A stretch of DNA of 64,000 nucleotides, from positions 248,001-312,000 of the forward strand of contig CDMY01000436.1 in the NCBI GenBank assembly GCA_001179505.1, given 5' to 3'. The stretch comes from Vitrella brassicaformis CCMP3155. Lineage: Eukaryota > Protista > Chromerida. Both the position numbers and the translations under genes were made by a program. This document shows positions 48,511 through 61,595 of the stretch, piece after piece; position 1 is the stretch's first letter; every line of letters starts with the position of its first letter. The notes under the pieces were generated by a model that did not search any database, was not told the DNA's origin, and saw only the letters and a program-made list of their open reading frames with translations.

Positions 48511-51500
48511 ATGCCTGTCCATCCCCCCAAGGCACCCCTTGACCGCCCCAAGGCGCTCTCTGGCCCTCGAAAGAGCAGACTGCGGCTGGCTCTGAAGAAA
48601 GGCGACGCAACCGCTGAGGAGAAGGGCCATCTGCTCAACCAGACCTTCCCGCGACCATCTGCCGCCCAGGCAGCGTCAGCACGGACCAAACAGAATGGGT
48701 CGACTGGCAAACCAAGCGGGGCCGTCCTCGCCGTTCGGCCTACGGGCAGCCCCACATCGACCAAAGCACCTACAGGGACCAGCCAGAGCGTGCCGCACAC
48801 GTGGCACTCCCCCCTGCCCATCCACCCGCACTCACACACCGACAGCACCAGCCCCAGGACGGCACACCAGCTCGTGTTGCCGTCGACAAGGGGGTCGCCG
48901 AAACGAGTTGCTGCTGGAGTGTGTGCGGATGGGAGGAGGTGCGACGGGGCACAATCAAGGGGAGGAGTGGACTCCGTGACGCCAGTCGAGGTGCTGCCGC
49001 TGCAGCTGGAGCCCATTCCATCACAGGTGAGGCGCTCGCAATCGAACGAACATGATGCCTGATGTGTGTCTCTGGTGTGTGCGTGTGTCTGTGTGTGTCT
49101 GTGTGTGTCTGTGTGTCAGGTAGAGGATTACGCGGCAGCAAGGCGTGAGTGGCGTCAGGAGCGGCGTCGTCTGCTGCGGCTGGTGGAGGAGGAGCGGGAG
49201 GCCCGCATGTGGCTCACCGACCACCTGAGGAGGGAGACTGACCACAGGGAGAGACGCGAAGACGAACTCTCAAGTACCATCAAAGAGCTACAGGCACAGG
49301 TACCTATTACCGCAACCCAGGGATGGATTGATGGATGCATGCATCAGGGAACGTGCGGACACTTTGAATGTGTGTTCAGGTATCCTCAGGCGAGCGTCGC
49401 TTGCAGGAGCTCAATCACGCCCTTGAGGCCCAGTCAGCCGCTCTGGACGTGAGTGGCCAGCGCCTTCACAGAGGGAAAGGAATACGAACTCATTTCCGCT
49501 ATCTTTCCCCTTTTCATCTTTTAGGATGAGCGCCTCTTTCGCCAGGCAGTAGAGAACAGGATCGTCACGCGCCTCTTGCAAGAGAGTGCCCCATACCAAC
49601 ATCTTCTCGAGACGCTCCAAACCCCAGACGGCCTCAGACGCCTTCTCGGCATAGAGCAGCACACACCGTTGACACAGCAGGAAGCTCCTGCCCGTCAAGA
49701 GGAAAGCAGCGCTGCGACCGTGCTCCGTGCGGCCGGCCGGTCCCACCAGCAGACGCAGACGCACGAGACGGTCGTGTCTCAGCAGAGCAGAGGCGGGTCA
49801 CTCGTGTCGTCGGCTGCACTGGTTCCTGGGACAAGCATGAGCCCGTTGACGCCGTTCCCGAGGAGGCAGAGTGCCGGGACACACCTGTCCTCCAGAAGGT
49901 AGGTACTCCGCACACTCATGTCTCTGTCCGTGCATGCGCATTTGCGTGCCTATCTGATCGGTTAGGTCGTCTGGAGTCCGCTCAAGGCTGTCTGGCAACT
50001 GTGGCTGCTACTGTCATATCTGTGGGTGCCCGGCACCCAGGGGCACCCTCAGTCTGATGGCTTCCCCCCGCAGCACCAGACTGCGGAGCCTCCCGGCCGG
50101 ACTCCCATACCACACAGCTAAGGACGGGTCGCCACAAGGATTCGGGTAAAAGAACGAGGCAAAGAAAGGCGCGCTCAGGGTGTGATGGATACGTGGCTGT
50201 CTTTTTGCAGGAAGGGGCGGAGGGATTGGGCCACCAACCGGTTCTATGAGACGTATTCTCCTTCTTCACCCCCATTCGACCACCATGTGGCTGTGGCTGA
50301 GGGTGAGGGTGCCACGACCGCTCTGGCCCTGCCTGATGGGGCGAGAGATAGAGAAGACGCTCGGGGGGAATACAGCGATGGAACAGTGCTGAGGAGCAGA
50401 GAGTAAGATGAATGGGATGACACGCAGAGCAGCTTGTAGACAGAGACATGCGTGTAAGGTGGCTGTACCTCTTGTTGACAGGGCCATTCATTTGGAGCAT
50501 TTGGAGCCCCCAGCCCCATCTGATGGCCTCGACAGCCCCGCCAAGTCACCAGAAGGTATCTGTGCGGATCAGAAGATAGCAAAGCCACCAATTGAACCGA
50601 CCGACCGAGTTTCGTTATTGTGGCACCTTCAGACCGCGACGGCCTCTCCCCTTCCCCTCAGGAGCATGAAGAACTGACACCCCTCCCACAGGACTATCTC
50701 AAGGAATACTTTCGGGTGAGCCACACTCAACCGACAAACATCCCGGCCCCATTTTTTTCCCAATGTGTGTGTGTGTGTGTCATTATCCCAGTTCCAGGGC
50801 CTCCCAGAGGCCAACGATTCCTTCTACGCGCGCAAGCTTCGCGAGGAGCGTTCCGGATCGTATGTGGGCGAGGTGCTGGGGGGCGGGCGGGGCGAGCAGG
50901 CGGAGGACGTCATAGACTATGACGAGTGGTGGGCCTCCTTATTAAAAGCGTCTGAGTGTGCGTACCATGCTCCGGGAGATTTCTTCGTTCTTCTTCCATA
51001 CGTGTAGGTGGGCCTCGGTGGCTTCATTCTTCGTTCCCATATGGGCAGAGGAGAAATTGCAAGTCATGGCAAAAAACAAGATCGCTAAACAGGTTAAGTA
51101 CACGCATCTTGGGTGAAGCGAAGCCAAAAGGGAACGAAAGACATCCACTGTTGCGGATATCAATTTTCTCAGGGCCAGGCGAAGGTGATCAACGCCCTGT
51201 ATGAAGAGATGGCGTCCCTCCAGCACCGGCTGGCCGACCACTACTCATCCATCGCGCGACACCAATCCGACGCTCTCTTCGCCCTGCCCCCTCCACACCC
51301 ACACACAAAAGAAGAAGAAGATGACCACCACGATGCGACACCCCAGGTGTCTCCCATCGACACGATGCCCCCCTCGTCCGCCGCATTGAAGAGGGAACGC
51401 GATCACTATTTCCAGAGGGCGCAGAAGATGGAAGAGGCCGGTCGTGACCTGAGCGGGCGGCTGGATGCGTCGCTGAAGGAGGGCGATGGCATGAGGAGGC

Positions 51501-52870
51501 GGATCGAGTGGCTCGAGGGGCGACGGAAAGAACTCGCCGACAAATGCGCAGAGTTCGCCGGGGAACTCTGCAAGGCCAACGAGGAGCATCGCATCCTCAG
51601 GGACATACAGATGGAAAGGTGAGTGAGCTGATACGCCTTCGCCCAATGCATGCCTCCGCGAGCATTTGCCTTTGTGTGTCCCGTCAGGTCGCAGCAGGCT
51701 ATCGATTGTGTCTCTGCGCTGAAAGACCGCTGGGAGAAGTTTGAGGAAAAGACACACGCTTCTCTCACGTCCCTCGCTTCGCGGCTGGAGCGCCTGACCA
51801 CCCTCCTCCATGGGGCATACCTCGTCTGCGGCTCACACAGCGGGGACACAAGACAGCAGCAGCAGCCAAGGGGGGAGGACGGGAGGGTGGCGACACACAC
51901 CGTGTGGAGGCTGGTTGCCCGACAGTCCACCAGATGGCCCACGCGAGACATCCGTCAAATACATCCCATCTTATCGGTGGACAAGGGGGAGCTCAACGGA
52001 CATACGCTCGAGGGCCTCTTGGCGAGGTACGACCCCTCTATCGCCGAGACAGCACCCAGGCCGCCCTCGTCTCCCCGCAGCAGCCGAGGCGTGCTTGACG
52101 AGATTGTCCTGCGGGCGGAAAGCCTGGCTTTCGCCAAGAGCGCTGTGGAACCTCTGATGAGCACGCCGGAGTGCTCGCCCCTTCTCGATGCCTTCCGGAA
52201 GTTCGTTGAGACCCATATGAGCATCCAGGAGACGCAAGCCGCACCCCAGCCGCCGGACAACGTGGTGTGCCTCTTGCCAGGCGATCTGCAGACCATCATC
52301 ACGGCGTCGCGTCAGTCCATCACGAGAGGTGCGGAGAAGGCCAAGCCGCAGAGGAGACGCAGAAGGGAGCCGGTGGCTGATGAAGTCGTTACGGCGGCAT
52401 TCCGGCCGGTGATGGAGGCGGCGTTGGCTTCATTCTACCAGCTCTTCCCTGAGTGTACACTGGTCATCGCTGGAGCGCCTGACTTGGCAGATCAGCAGTC
52501 AGCCGAGGAACTGCAGAAGGATGATGAACAGGGCCAGGAGGAAGCCGTCCAAGTGGACGAGGAGAAGAGACGCGCGTCGGTCATCGGCTATGCGGGGCGG
52601 CCCGACTCGCCAATGCGGCACACATCCCCTCCGCGAGTCGTCATCAAAAAATATCCCTCCGACGACATCCAGCGGGCAGCAGTCAGGAGGTTTGCGAGTT
52701 TCTCACCGATCGTTGCTGCTGCGAGGAAGTCTGTGAGACGGATGACCGAGCATCCGGGCGGAAGGAAGAGAAGGGCCAGCTGGCTGACCAGTCTGATGCA
52801 GGGAGGGTCGAGCCGCGCTGCAGCTGCTCAGGGAGACAGAGAAGGAGAGGAGGGGGAGAGGGCGGAGTGA
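48511..52870 (+). CDS. Large hypothetical coiled-coil protein (could be two genes)
   Basis: Series of GT-AG-bounded exons with coiled-coil character (EDYAAARREWRQERRRLLRLVEEERE; KRERDHYFQRAQKMEEAG..RKELADKCAEF). Terminal ORF ends at 52870. Internal joins at 49.9-51.2 kb not fully resolved. Confidence 0.5.
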
Positions 52871-53268
52871 GACACTGCGAGCGAGAGGCGTTTCTTGTGC
52901 GATTGAATTGGCCAATTCTTGAGGTTGTGTTGATGAACGAGCGAGTCGAGTAGGGAGTTGACGCTTATTGACAGTAGATCATCGCCACAACCGTTCGCCA
53001 CACGGAAACCCATGCAGGTCTCTCTTCGGTCTTCCCTCCGTGGTCGGGTGCCTTGGCATGAATGAATCGATGTTGTCTGTTGTCCCGCCTTTGAAATGGC
53101 CATGGGAAAAGTATCGAGATGCCTAGGAGTGTGTGGGTGGGGCTCCGTTTTGCAAAACGGAACGATCCCTTCTCTGCGCGAGCTCGAAGATCTGGCAGAG
53201 ATCTCACGAACGAATCGAAGGAAGCGGGAATCTGGCAGAGCCACACAGACTTACAAAAGATCTACGGC

Positions 53269-54357
53269 ATGACGGATGAATCGTGCAGGCCTTCTACCTC
53301 CGACGATGGCCGTCTGCGGCGCGATGGTGACTCACGAGGCGGCTCTGCTTCATCATCGACGCTGACTGCATCGTCCTGCACGACCCTTGCTGTCGCTTTG
53401 GTGCTTGCCATTGTGGCTCTCGCTGCCGACGCCGCCTTCGTCCCCCCTGCGGCCCATATTTCCGCTGCACGGAGGACGTCCTCTCGATGGCGGCTCAGCC
53501 GACCTGCTGTGGATCATCATGGAGGAGTGCCGTTAGCGTGTCTTGGAGCGGTGGATGAGACCGAGAGGGACACATCGACAGGTCGGTGGGGTCGCCTGGG
53601 GTGGGGTGAGAAGCGCATACAATACATGATGCGATGCGATGCGCAGTGCAGACGTGTGTGTATTGTGTGTGGCTGGTATGTATATATGTATGTATGTGTC
53701 AGGCGCACAGTCATCTCCTGCGCCTCGACGGCGGCGCAGGCGCGTGGCCGAAGAACCGAAAACAGAAAAGGCGCCACTCGTCAATGGTGCAAACTGCCTG
53801 TCACTCACCCTCTTTCAATCTTTTTATGTGTCTGTGTCTGTGTCTGTGTCTGTGTGTGTCGTTGATCAGTGTGGGATGAGGATGCTGACGATGACTTGGC
53901 CGCTGCAGTAGAAGCCGAGAGGGCCAAGTGGGCCTCCCTGCCCTCGAGGGCGCAGCAGCAGGGGCAGGACGAGGGCTGGATGACCAAAGCAAGAGACTCC
54001 CTCTCAACCATACTTGTGGTTGGTTCGGACACACACACAGACACAGACACACAGACAAAACACGCAGCCGTCGGACATGAAGGCCAAGTGCATTCAATTC
54101 ATCTATCCCCCGTTCGTTCGTTCGTACGTGTCTGTGCTGTGCCACATGTGGTTGCAGGTTGACTTCTTTGTGGTGTTGGTGTTTGTGTTGTGGTTTGTCT
54201 TTGGGACCATTGCCAACGCGGCCTTCAACGCGCCGGCCGCCATCCAGGCCTTCGACCTGCTCTGGACGCCAGTGGTGCAGCCCGCATTGGGCATCCTCAT
54301 GCTCGGTCAGTCCGCCAGACTACAAGCATACATACACGAGTCACGACGAAGCCTTGT

Positions 54358-54391
<34 letters not shown>

Positions 54392-54465
54392 CAGGCACGT
54401 TGGGCAGTGCGGGTGCAGGGTGGGTGCAGGAGAAGATGGTGGGCGGCAAGCAGGAAGGCACCTGA
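53269..54465 (+). CDS. Small plastid-targeted membrane protein (hypothetical)
   Basis: Hydrophobic signal ending ADA-AFVP and a transit-like region. Two TM segments: VDFFVVLVFVLWFVFGTIA and LWTPVVQPALGILMLG. Confidence 0.6.
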
Positions 54466-54933
54466 ACTGAACCATTGTCATCAACAGAGAGGAGACGACA
54501 CTGTATGAGAAGGAGAGAGAAAGTGCAATGGCTAGATCTAAGCCGCAAGAGAGTCAAGAGTGTCCGCGTCCCTTGTGGTGTGTACGTTCTCTCGCCGCGA
54601 CGCTAGGGGCGGTTCTGGCGAGCTGTGAGCTACTCGTGACGTTTCGGCCAGAGGACTGACACACCAGATGAGACAGGGCGAGACAGGGGGAGGGAGTGGG
54701 GGAAAAGGAGGTGGGAAAGTAGGTCAGCAAGATGTCTACGTCTGGAGGGGATTCATATACGTGTTTGTGTCCCTGTATAGCCCAATCAATGCGCAAGGAT
54801 TGGTGGATGCAGTGCATGCCGCACTGAGGACGGCTGTCGCAATCAATCACCGTGTCCATATCAATCACATACAGATAACATACGTTTATCGCATTCAATT
54901 CATCGGCGTGTGTGTGTATGAGTTACATCAAGC

Positions 54934-54986
54934 CGTCCGGCTTCAAGCAACCGCTGCCTCTGGGATCGTCCGGCTTCAAGCAACCG
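54934..54986. repeat. 20-bp direct repeat pair
   Basis: cgtccggcttcaagcaaccg at 54934 and 54967, with a 13-bp spacer. Confidence 0.85.
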
Positions 54987-55122
54987 GTTCACAGCACACA
55001 CGCACCAGCAGCACAAGCACAACACTTGACGGATGGAAAGAACAGAAGAACAGAAAAACCGTACTTCACTGTCAACAACTGGCATCACAGACACAGTTGA
55101 CTGCACTGACTATGTCAGTCAG

Positions 55123-55557
55123 TCAGAATTCCAGGATGAGATACTCCCACATATACAGGAAGAGCGCCCCTATCATGAGTGATGCCAGGCCGTAGCTGAC
55201 GAACAGGCTCTTCCGCTTCCTCTCCTTCTCCTGCCGGCTGCCCGTGTCCTGTTCGCTCGTCGTGGTCTTCATCTTGGGCCTCCTGTACTTGTACTGCTCC
55301 TCGTCCCACCGCTTCCACGGGTAGAAGTCCTGCAGCCATCGCACCTGCTGCTGACGCATCATGGTGCTGCTGCTGCTGCTGCTGCTGTGTGGGTGAGGGT
55401 GGTGGCGCGTCAAGGTCATTGTCATGCTCGTCATGAGGCGGGGCGAGGCGGGTGGCGCAGAAGAGAGGGCGCGGGAGGAGATGGTGACCGGGGGAAGAGA
55501 TCTGCCGAGCGACGATGAAGTGACGAGTGAGGATCTTCTGCTGCTGAGCACACGCAT
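55123..55557 (-). CDS. Small hypothetical protein, Arg/Ser-rich N-terminus (mitochondrial presequence-like) and C-terminal TM
   Basis: 144-aa ATG ORF divergent from PGK, ending SLFVSYGLASLMIGALFLYMWEYLILEF*. Confidence 0.5.
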   Translation of the reverse strand: MRVLSSRRSSLVTSSSLGRSLPPVTISSRALSSAPPASPRLMTSMTMTLTRHHPHPHSSSSSSSTMMRQQQVRWLQDFYPWKRWDEEQYKYRRPKMKTTTSEQDTGSRQEKERKRKSLFVSYGLASLMIGALFLYMWEYLILEF

Positions 55558-55670
55558 CTTGACGGGCTGCCTCTTTCACCAGCCAGATCTGCCGAGCTCG
55601 CATATCGCGCTGGCCGCCCCTTTTGTCGTGGTTTCTCCGTCCTTCTTCCCTCTCTCGCACCTTTGGCAAG

Positions 55671-58368
55671 ATGCTGGCAAGCAAGATTGGCATCGAGGAT
55701 GTGGCCGACAAGGTGAACACAGCCAGACGGGAGGGGCCATGCACACACGAGGGGGATGACGGACGAGAGGCAGGCGGGCGGGCAGTGAGGGGGGCAGGCA
55801 GACAGGCTCGGCGGCCGCGTGCGGCAGACTCATCAGATCTGGCATCTCGAGGACAGCACACACGACTGCATGTGTGTGGCGGTGTTGTGACGTATGTGGG
55901 GTGTGTGTCTGTTGTGTCCATCAGTTGGCGGGCAAGCGCGTGTTGATGCGTGTGGACTTCAACGTGCCGATCAAGGACGGTGCGGTGACCGACAAGACGC
56001 GCATCGTGGCGACGCTTCCGACCATCAATTTTGCGTTCGAGAAGGGCGCCAAGGCGCTCATCCTCATGAGCCACTGCGGCCGCCCCGACGGCCGCAAACA
56101 GGACAAGTACACCCTCAAGCCTGTCGTGCCGGTCAGTCAATCAGTCACCGAGTGGGTGGGCAGTGAAGGGGTGCATGGCAGATGTCTGTCTGTATGGTGC
56201 GGTGCATCCATCGATGGGATGGCTGGGCTGCAGATAGTGGAGGAGTTGACGGGCAAGAAGGTGATCTTCCTGGACGACTGTGTGGGCGAGGCCGTCGAGA
56301 AGGCGTGTGCCGACCCCCCGGCGGGATCCATCACCATACTCGAGAACCTGCGGTCGGTCTCACACACACACACACACACACACACAAGACATCCGAACAG
56401 ACAGGCAGACGCATATGCAATGAGTGCATGTGTGGATGTCTCGTGTGTTCAGGTTCCATGTTGAGGAGGAGGGCAAGGGCACCAATGCCGAAGGCGGCAA
56501 GGTCAAGGCCGACAAAGGCAAGACCGAAGAGTTCCGGGCATCGCTCACCAAGTGCGGACAGACAGACAGACCACATGCACACACAGTGACGACACACCAC
56601 ATGATACCGCGTTGATGTGGATGCGTGATGTGTGATGTGTGCCGCGTATGTGTGTGTGCAGGTTGGGTGACATCTTCATCAACGATGCGTTCGGGACGGC
56701 CCACCGAGCACACAGCTCCATGGTCGGCGTCAACCTCGACATCAAGTAATGTTATCACACCCACACTCACGCACACCGACACGGAACGTCGATGCGTGTG
56801 CAGGGCTGCTGGCAAGCTCATGAAGAAGGAGCTGGACTACTTCAGCAAGGCGCTTGAGAACCCCCCGCGGCCCTTCCTCGCCATCCTCGGAGGCGCCAAA
56901 GTCGCCGACAAGATACAGCTCATCCAAAACCTACTCGACAAGTACACGGAGAGAGAAATGGGGGGGGGGGGGGGGNNNNNNNNNNNNNNNNNNNNNNNNN
57001 NNNNNNNNNNNNNNNNNNNNNNNNNNNNNNNNNNNNNNNNNNNNNNNNNNNNNNNNNNNNNNNNNNNNNNNNNNNNNNNNNNNNNNNNNNNNNNNNNNNN
57101 NNNNNNNNNNNNNNNNNNNNNNNNNNNNNNNNNNNNNNNNNNNNNNNNNNNNNNNNNNNNNNNNNNNNNNNNNNNNNNNNNNNNNNNNNNNNNNNNNNNN
57201 NNNNNNNNNNNNNNNNNNNNNNNNNNNNNNNNNNNNNNNNNNNNNNNNNNNNNNNNNNNNNNNNNNNNNNNNNNNGGGGGGGGGGGGGGGGGGCAGGCCA
57301 TCTGCATGGCTGCATGTGCCTGTGTGTGTGTGTGTGTGTCAGGGTGAATTTGATGATAGTTGGCGGCGGCATGGCCTTCACCTTCAAGAAGGTCAACGAA
57401 GGCATGAGCATCGGCGGCTCGCTCTTCGACGAAGAGGGCGCAAAAATCGTACCCGAAATCATGGCCAAGGTAACCAGCATACACACCACCCAGACACACA
57501 CTTACCGACATCCATCCATCCATCTATCCATCCAATCATCAGGCCAAGGAGAAGGGCGTGGAGATTCTGCTCCCCGTGGATTTCGTCTGCGGTGACAAAT
57601 TCGACAAGGACGCTGCGGTGGGTAATGGGCACACGTGTCGTATGACAAAGCCCTGACTTCTCGTGGGGTGTGGTCGTGTGAGTGCAGGTGAAGCAGGTTG
57701 GCGTGGGCGAGAGCATCCCCGACGGCTGGATGGGACTCGACTGCGGACCCAAGTCCATCGAAAACGCCAGAAACGTAACTAACCAGTGCACCCGGCCCAC
57801 CAGAGCGATGCGACATCTTGGGTATCGTCACATCATATCTCCTTTCGCCAGATGATATCCAAGGCCAAGTTGATAGTGTGGAACGGGCCCCAAGGCGTGT
57901 TCGAGTTCCCCAACTTCGCCAAGGGCTCACTCGCATTCCTCGACGTGAGCCAACCACACACACACACACCCCTGCACACACATGGCTACTTGAAAAATGA
58001 AAATGTCTATACACATCGAACGCTCTCTCCCACTCCCCTCATTCTCTCTCCGTGTGTGTGTGTGTGTGTGTGTCTGTGTGTGTGTCAGGCTGTTGTGTCT
58101 GCCACCGAGGCGGGTGCCATCTCCATTGTGGGCGGCGGCGACACGGCATCGCTGGTCGAGAACGCCGGCAAGGCCGACAAGGTGCGCTGGCCAGCCTGTG
58201 TGTTGCGCGTGTGGCACGCGTCGAATCCATGTGTATGTGTTTCCTTCCTTTCTGGTGCGTGGCGTGCGATGGACACAGATGTCTCACGTGTCGACTGGCG
58301 GCGGTGCGTCGCTGGAGCTGCTCGAGGGCAAGGAGCTGCCCGGCGTCGCCGCACTCTCCAACAAATAG
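55671..58368 (+). CDS. PGK: Phosphoglycerate kinase (no targeting extension, so cytosolic type)
   Basis: [126 protein letters not shown]. One intron spans a gap. Confidence 0.97.
56976..57275. other. Assembly gap (300 N) within a PGK intron
   Basis: Run of N flanked by G homopolymers. Confidence 1.
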
Positions 58369-58591
58369 ACCATACACCACACCCACACCAAACACGGACG
58401 GGCCCACATAGCATAGCTCAGTGAGTGAGTCAGTGAGTGAGGGGGAGTTTGTCTGGCATACATACACGCGTATGAGATGGATGCGCTCATCTGAGATTGT
58501 CCTTCTTTTGTAGCTAGCCGCCGCCACGGCCCGGCGGGGCGAGGCCAGGCCAGGGGGGAGAGCTTTTTAATGCGATGTCGTCCACGCGCGG

Positions 58592-58622
<31 letters not shown>

Positions 58623-59378
58623 CCTGATCTTTTTCCCTCAGTGCACCCGGCCATGCGTACATGTGTGTCTCCATGTGATGTGTGTGCACGAGCAACGAAG
58701 AGATGAGATGGGATGGGGGGGATGAGATGAGGTCTTTTTCGTTGGCAGGAATGGAAAGACCAGGAAGGGGCTGACGCGGCGCATGACACAACACACCTGA
58801 TGGAAGGCGTGTGTTGCGATTTTGATTGATTGGCTGATGGCTTCTCTGCATGTCGTGCGTGTCATGTCGTGCGTGTGCCGGCTTTCCTTTTGTCGCCGGA
58901 CCAGGTAGATGGCACTGCTTGTTGTGTTTTTGTTCCCTGTTTTCTGGGTGTCTTGGTTGGTTGGCGAATGGCTGTTTGGCTCAATTGTGTTGTTTGCGTG
59001 TTTGTTTGTGTGTTTCCCTTTCGTCGATCCGATCGACGCGATGCGTGCATGCAGCGCGACTGTGTGTGTGTGTGTGCGAACGTCATAGATGCAGCCGGAC
59101 AGACAAACAGATCCTGAGAGGCAATTGTTGTCGGAGCGTCCTGGGGGCCGTGTGGGGGCGTCTCTGAGACGGCGGTGTCGGGCCTCTGTGCCTTTCACCC
59201 TGGCTTGCTGATGGTGCTGTGTGCTGCGGTTGAAGGCCTTCTGCTTCAGCTGTTGATCCTCCTGGCCATTCCTTGGCACAGCCATTGCAGCTTTTTTCGG
59301 GATGACGTGTTGACGACGAACGCCACTTGGCCCAGGGAGTCAGATCCTCCCCCCCTTGACCCATGCCACAATCCCACT

Positions 59379-59579
59379 ATGGAGTAAGGCAGGAACTCCA
59401 TGCGCAGGGCCACGACACTGCTCGTCTGTTTTGTTTGTTTCTTTGCCTTGTTCCTCGGTCGGTCGGTCGGTCGGTCTGCAGGACGTTCTCGTACTTTGTG
59501 ACGCGGGACCTGGTGCTCCGTTGTGATGTGCGCCGCACACACGAACCGGGGCCACCTTCACGCAGCCAGACGGGCCAAA

Positions 59580-59619
<40 letters not shown>

Positions 59620-61409
59620 ACGTATGTGTGTGCCTGTGCCTGTGTGTGTGTGTTCCATGGATGCATCCATCACACAGGTCGAGGTACTGCGCGATTGGCA
59701 GAGCCGACTTGTCAGTAGCCGTCTCGCAGGCAAGGAGGTGGTGGAGCTCGGTATGGCGGTGGTGGTGTCCGAAAAGTTCGGTGGAGCAGTGGGCCTCACA
59801 CCGGTGTCGATCGGCGGCACGCGCCTGTATACCGGACAAACCAGGACGAAGACAGAACTGTACTCAAATGGAGGATGCATGATCAACATGTAAGTACGTC
59901 TATCTCTCTCAGGGCTGCTCTTCCTCGTGAAGACGTGGGTGAATGCCATGGTGTGTGTGCGGGCGTGTGTGTGCGCAGGGTGGTTCCCGGCGTGAGTGAC
60001 GAGGGCGACACGGTTGCCACAGGGACGGAGGTCATGTTGATCGTTCTGTCCTTCTTGGACTCACTCGGGTCTACATGTAGGTGTCTTGTCACTGGGAGAG
60101 GTGGATGGATGGTTGGCATGAATGTCTTCATGCGTATGCGTCTGTGTGTGCGTGGACTCACCCAGGGTGCGATACAGTGCATCTGTCGGACGATTCATCG
60201 AACATGTACCCAGTGCTCCTTCAGCGTTATGGTCAGCCATCCAGCCAGCCAGACGACAGTGCCTGTCTACTCGTGTGTGTATGCAATGCAGCCTTCTGGT
60301 ACCACAGTTTCGGCTTCAGATACCAGCGAGAGGGTGACGAAACGGATGAAGAGTACCAGCAGGCCTGCCAGAGCATGGTCGACCTCCTCACAGACACAGA
60401 CACTGACCTGTACGACTTCCTGGATCAGCCCCTACTGGAAAAGAAGCTGAAACGGCTGGGTTTCAAAGAGGGCGACGTCAACGCAGCCATCAAGCCACTG
60501 GCGCAGGAGTGTGTCCGCAACAAGGAGCGGACAGCCGCGTCTCCTCCTTCGTCGAAGGGTTCGGCCTTTCTGCGACTGAAAGCACGATTGCATCCAAAGT
60601 ACCCAACAGGTAAGTATGCGTGTCTATGTGCGTTCGTGTGTGTGTATGTGTGGGCCCACCCCACTATGTCTGTATGCTTTTAGGCAGCATCGCTCACCAG
60701 GACATGTGTTTCGTGCAAGCGCTCGGCGAGCTGTATGAGCAGAGAGCAGAGAGAGAGCCCACGGTGGGCACCTCCAAGGTTGAGTCAGCACTTGGAGTTT
60801 TGCTCGACAGCCTGCCATCCGAGGCGAAAGACTGCCTAGCCGCTCCGGAGGCTGTCCGGCAAAGGGGAGATACCAAACAGTACATTCTTAACGAGATCAT
60901 ACAGACCGCAGGTAGAGCAGCGTTTATCGCACATGTATGCATGTATCGGTTTGTCTGTCTGTCTGCATGTCGCGATCGGCCGATCCATCCATGCATTCGG
61001 CCGTGCATGGCATGCAACTGCTTATCTGCTGCAGACGAGCCCATTTACCTGACAGCGGCGGGAGAGAAGGGGAGCACGAGCGAGGACGAACGCACTCGAG
61101 CAAGGGATCGTGAGCGAAGGAGGAAAAGACGTGACAGGCAAGCAGACACACACACACGAGAGACAGACACACGGACAGGTTGACGGGCAGAGACAGACAG
61201 ACAGACAGACAGACAAGTCGTAGGTCACACAGACGGACATTTATGCGCACACGCGTCCACTCTCTGTGTGTCTCCCCCGATCTCCTCTGTGCCCTACCAG
61301 AGAAACCCGAGGGCGAGACCGGAGCCCTCTGGGTGCGCGTGACCTAAGTCCGATAGGCGAAGCTCCGAGAAGGAGCTCCAGACATCGACGAGACAGAGAC
61401 AGAGACTGA
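59379..61409 (+). CDS. Hypothetical multi-exon protein with an Arg/Asp-rich C-terminus
   Basis: Coding-like exons FWYHSFGFRYQREGDETDEEYQQAC..LHPKYPT / GSIAHQDMCFVQALGELYEQ..NEIIQTA / ..RARDRERRRKRRD / ..SRHRRDRDRD*. The 5' exons are not fully resolved. Confidence 0.55.
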
Positions 61410-61595
61410 GAAACAACTACGCAGACAGTGACACAGACACACAGACATCTGGCTGCATGCCGAAGGGGTGCGAATGCCGGTGGGACACGGTTAAGTGACT
61501 GTACATGCATCCTTAGATTGAGCAAATCATCGTTTGAGCAAGTCCAACAAAAAAAGAAAATGGTGATGAAGAGAACGCACATAGCTCATACATGC

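Noticed and set aside
56958-57295. G homopolymers at gap edges as functional G-quadruplex elements
   Set aside because: More simply explained by sequencing dropout; true length unknown.
58500-59360. Short minus-strand ORFs downstream of PGK
   Set aside because: Low-complexity sequence with no coherent exon chain.
59700-59750. SAM-methyltransferase motif I (VVELG)
   Set aside because: After splicing it does not continue as GxG, and no other MTase motifs were found.
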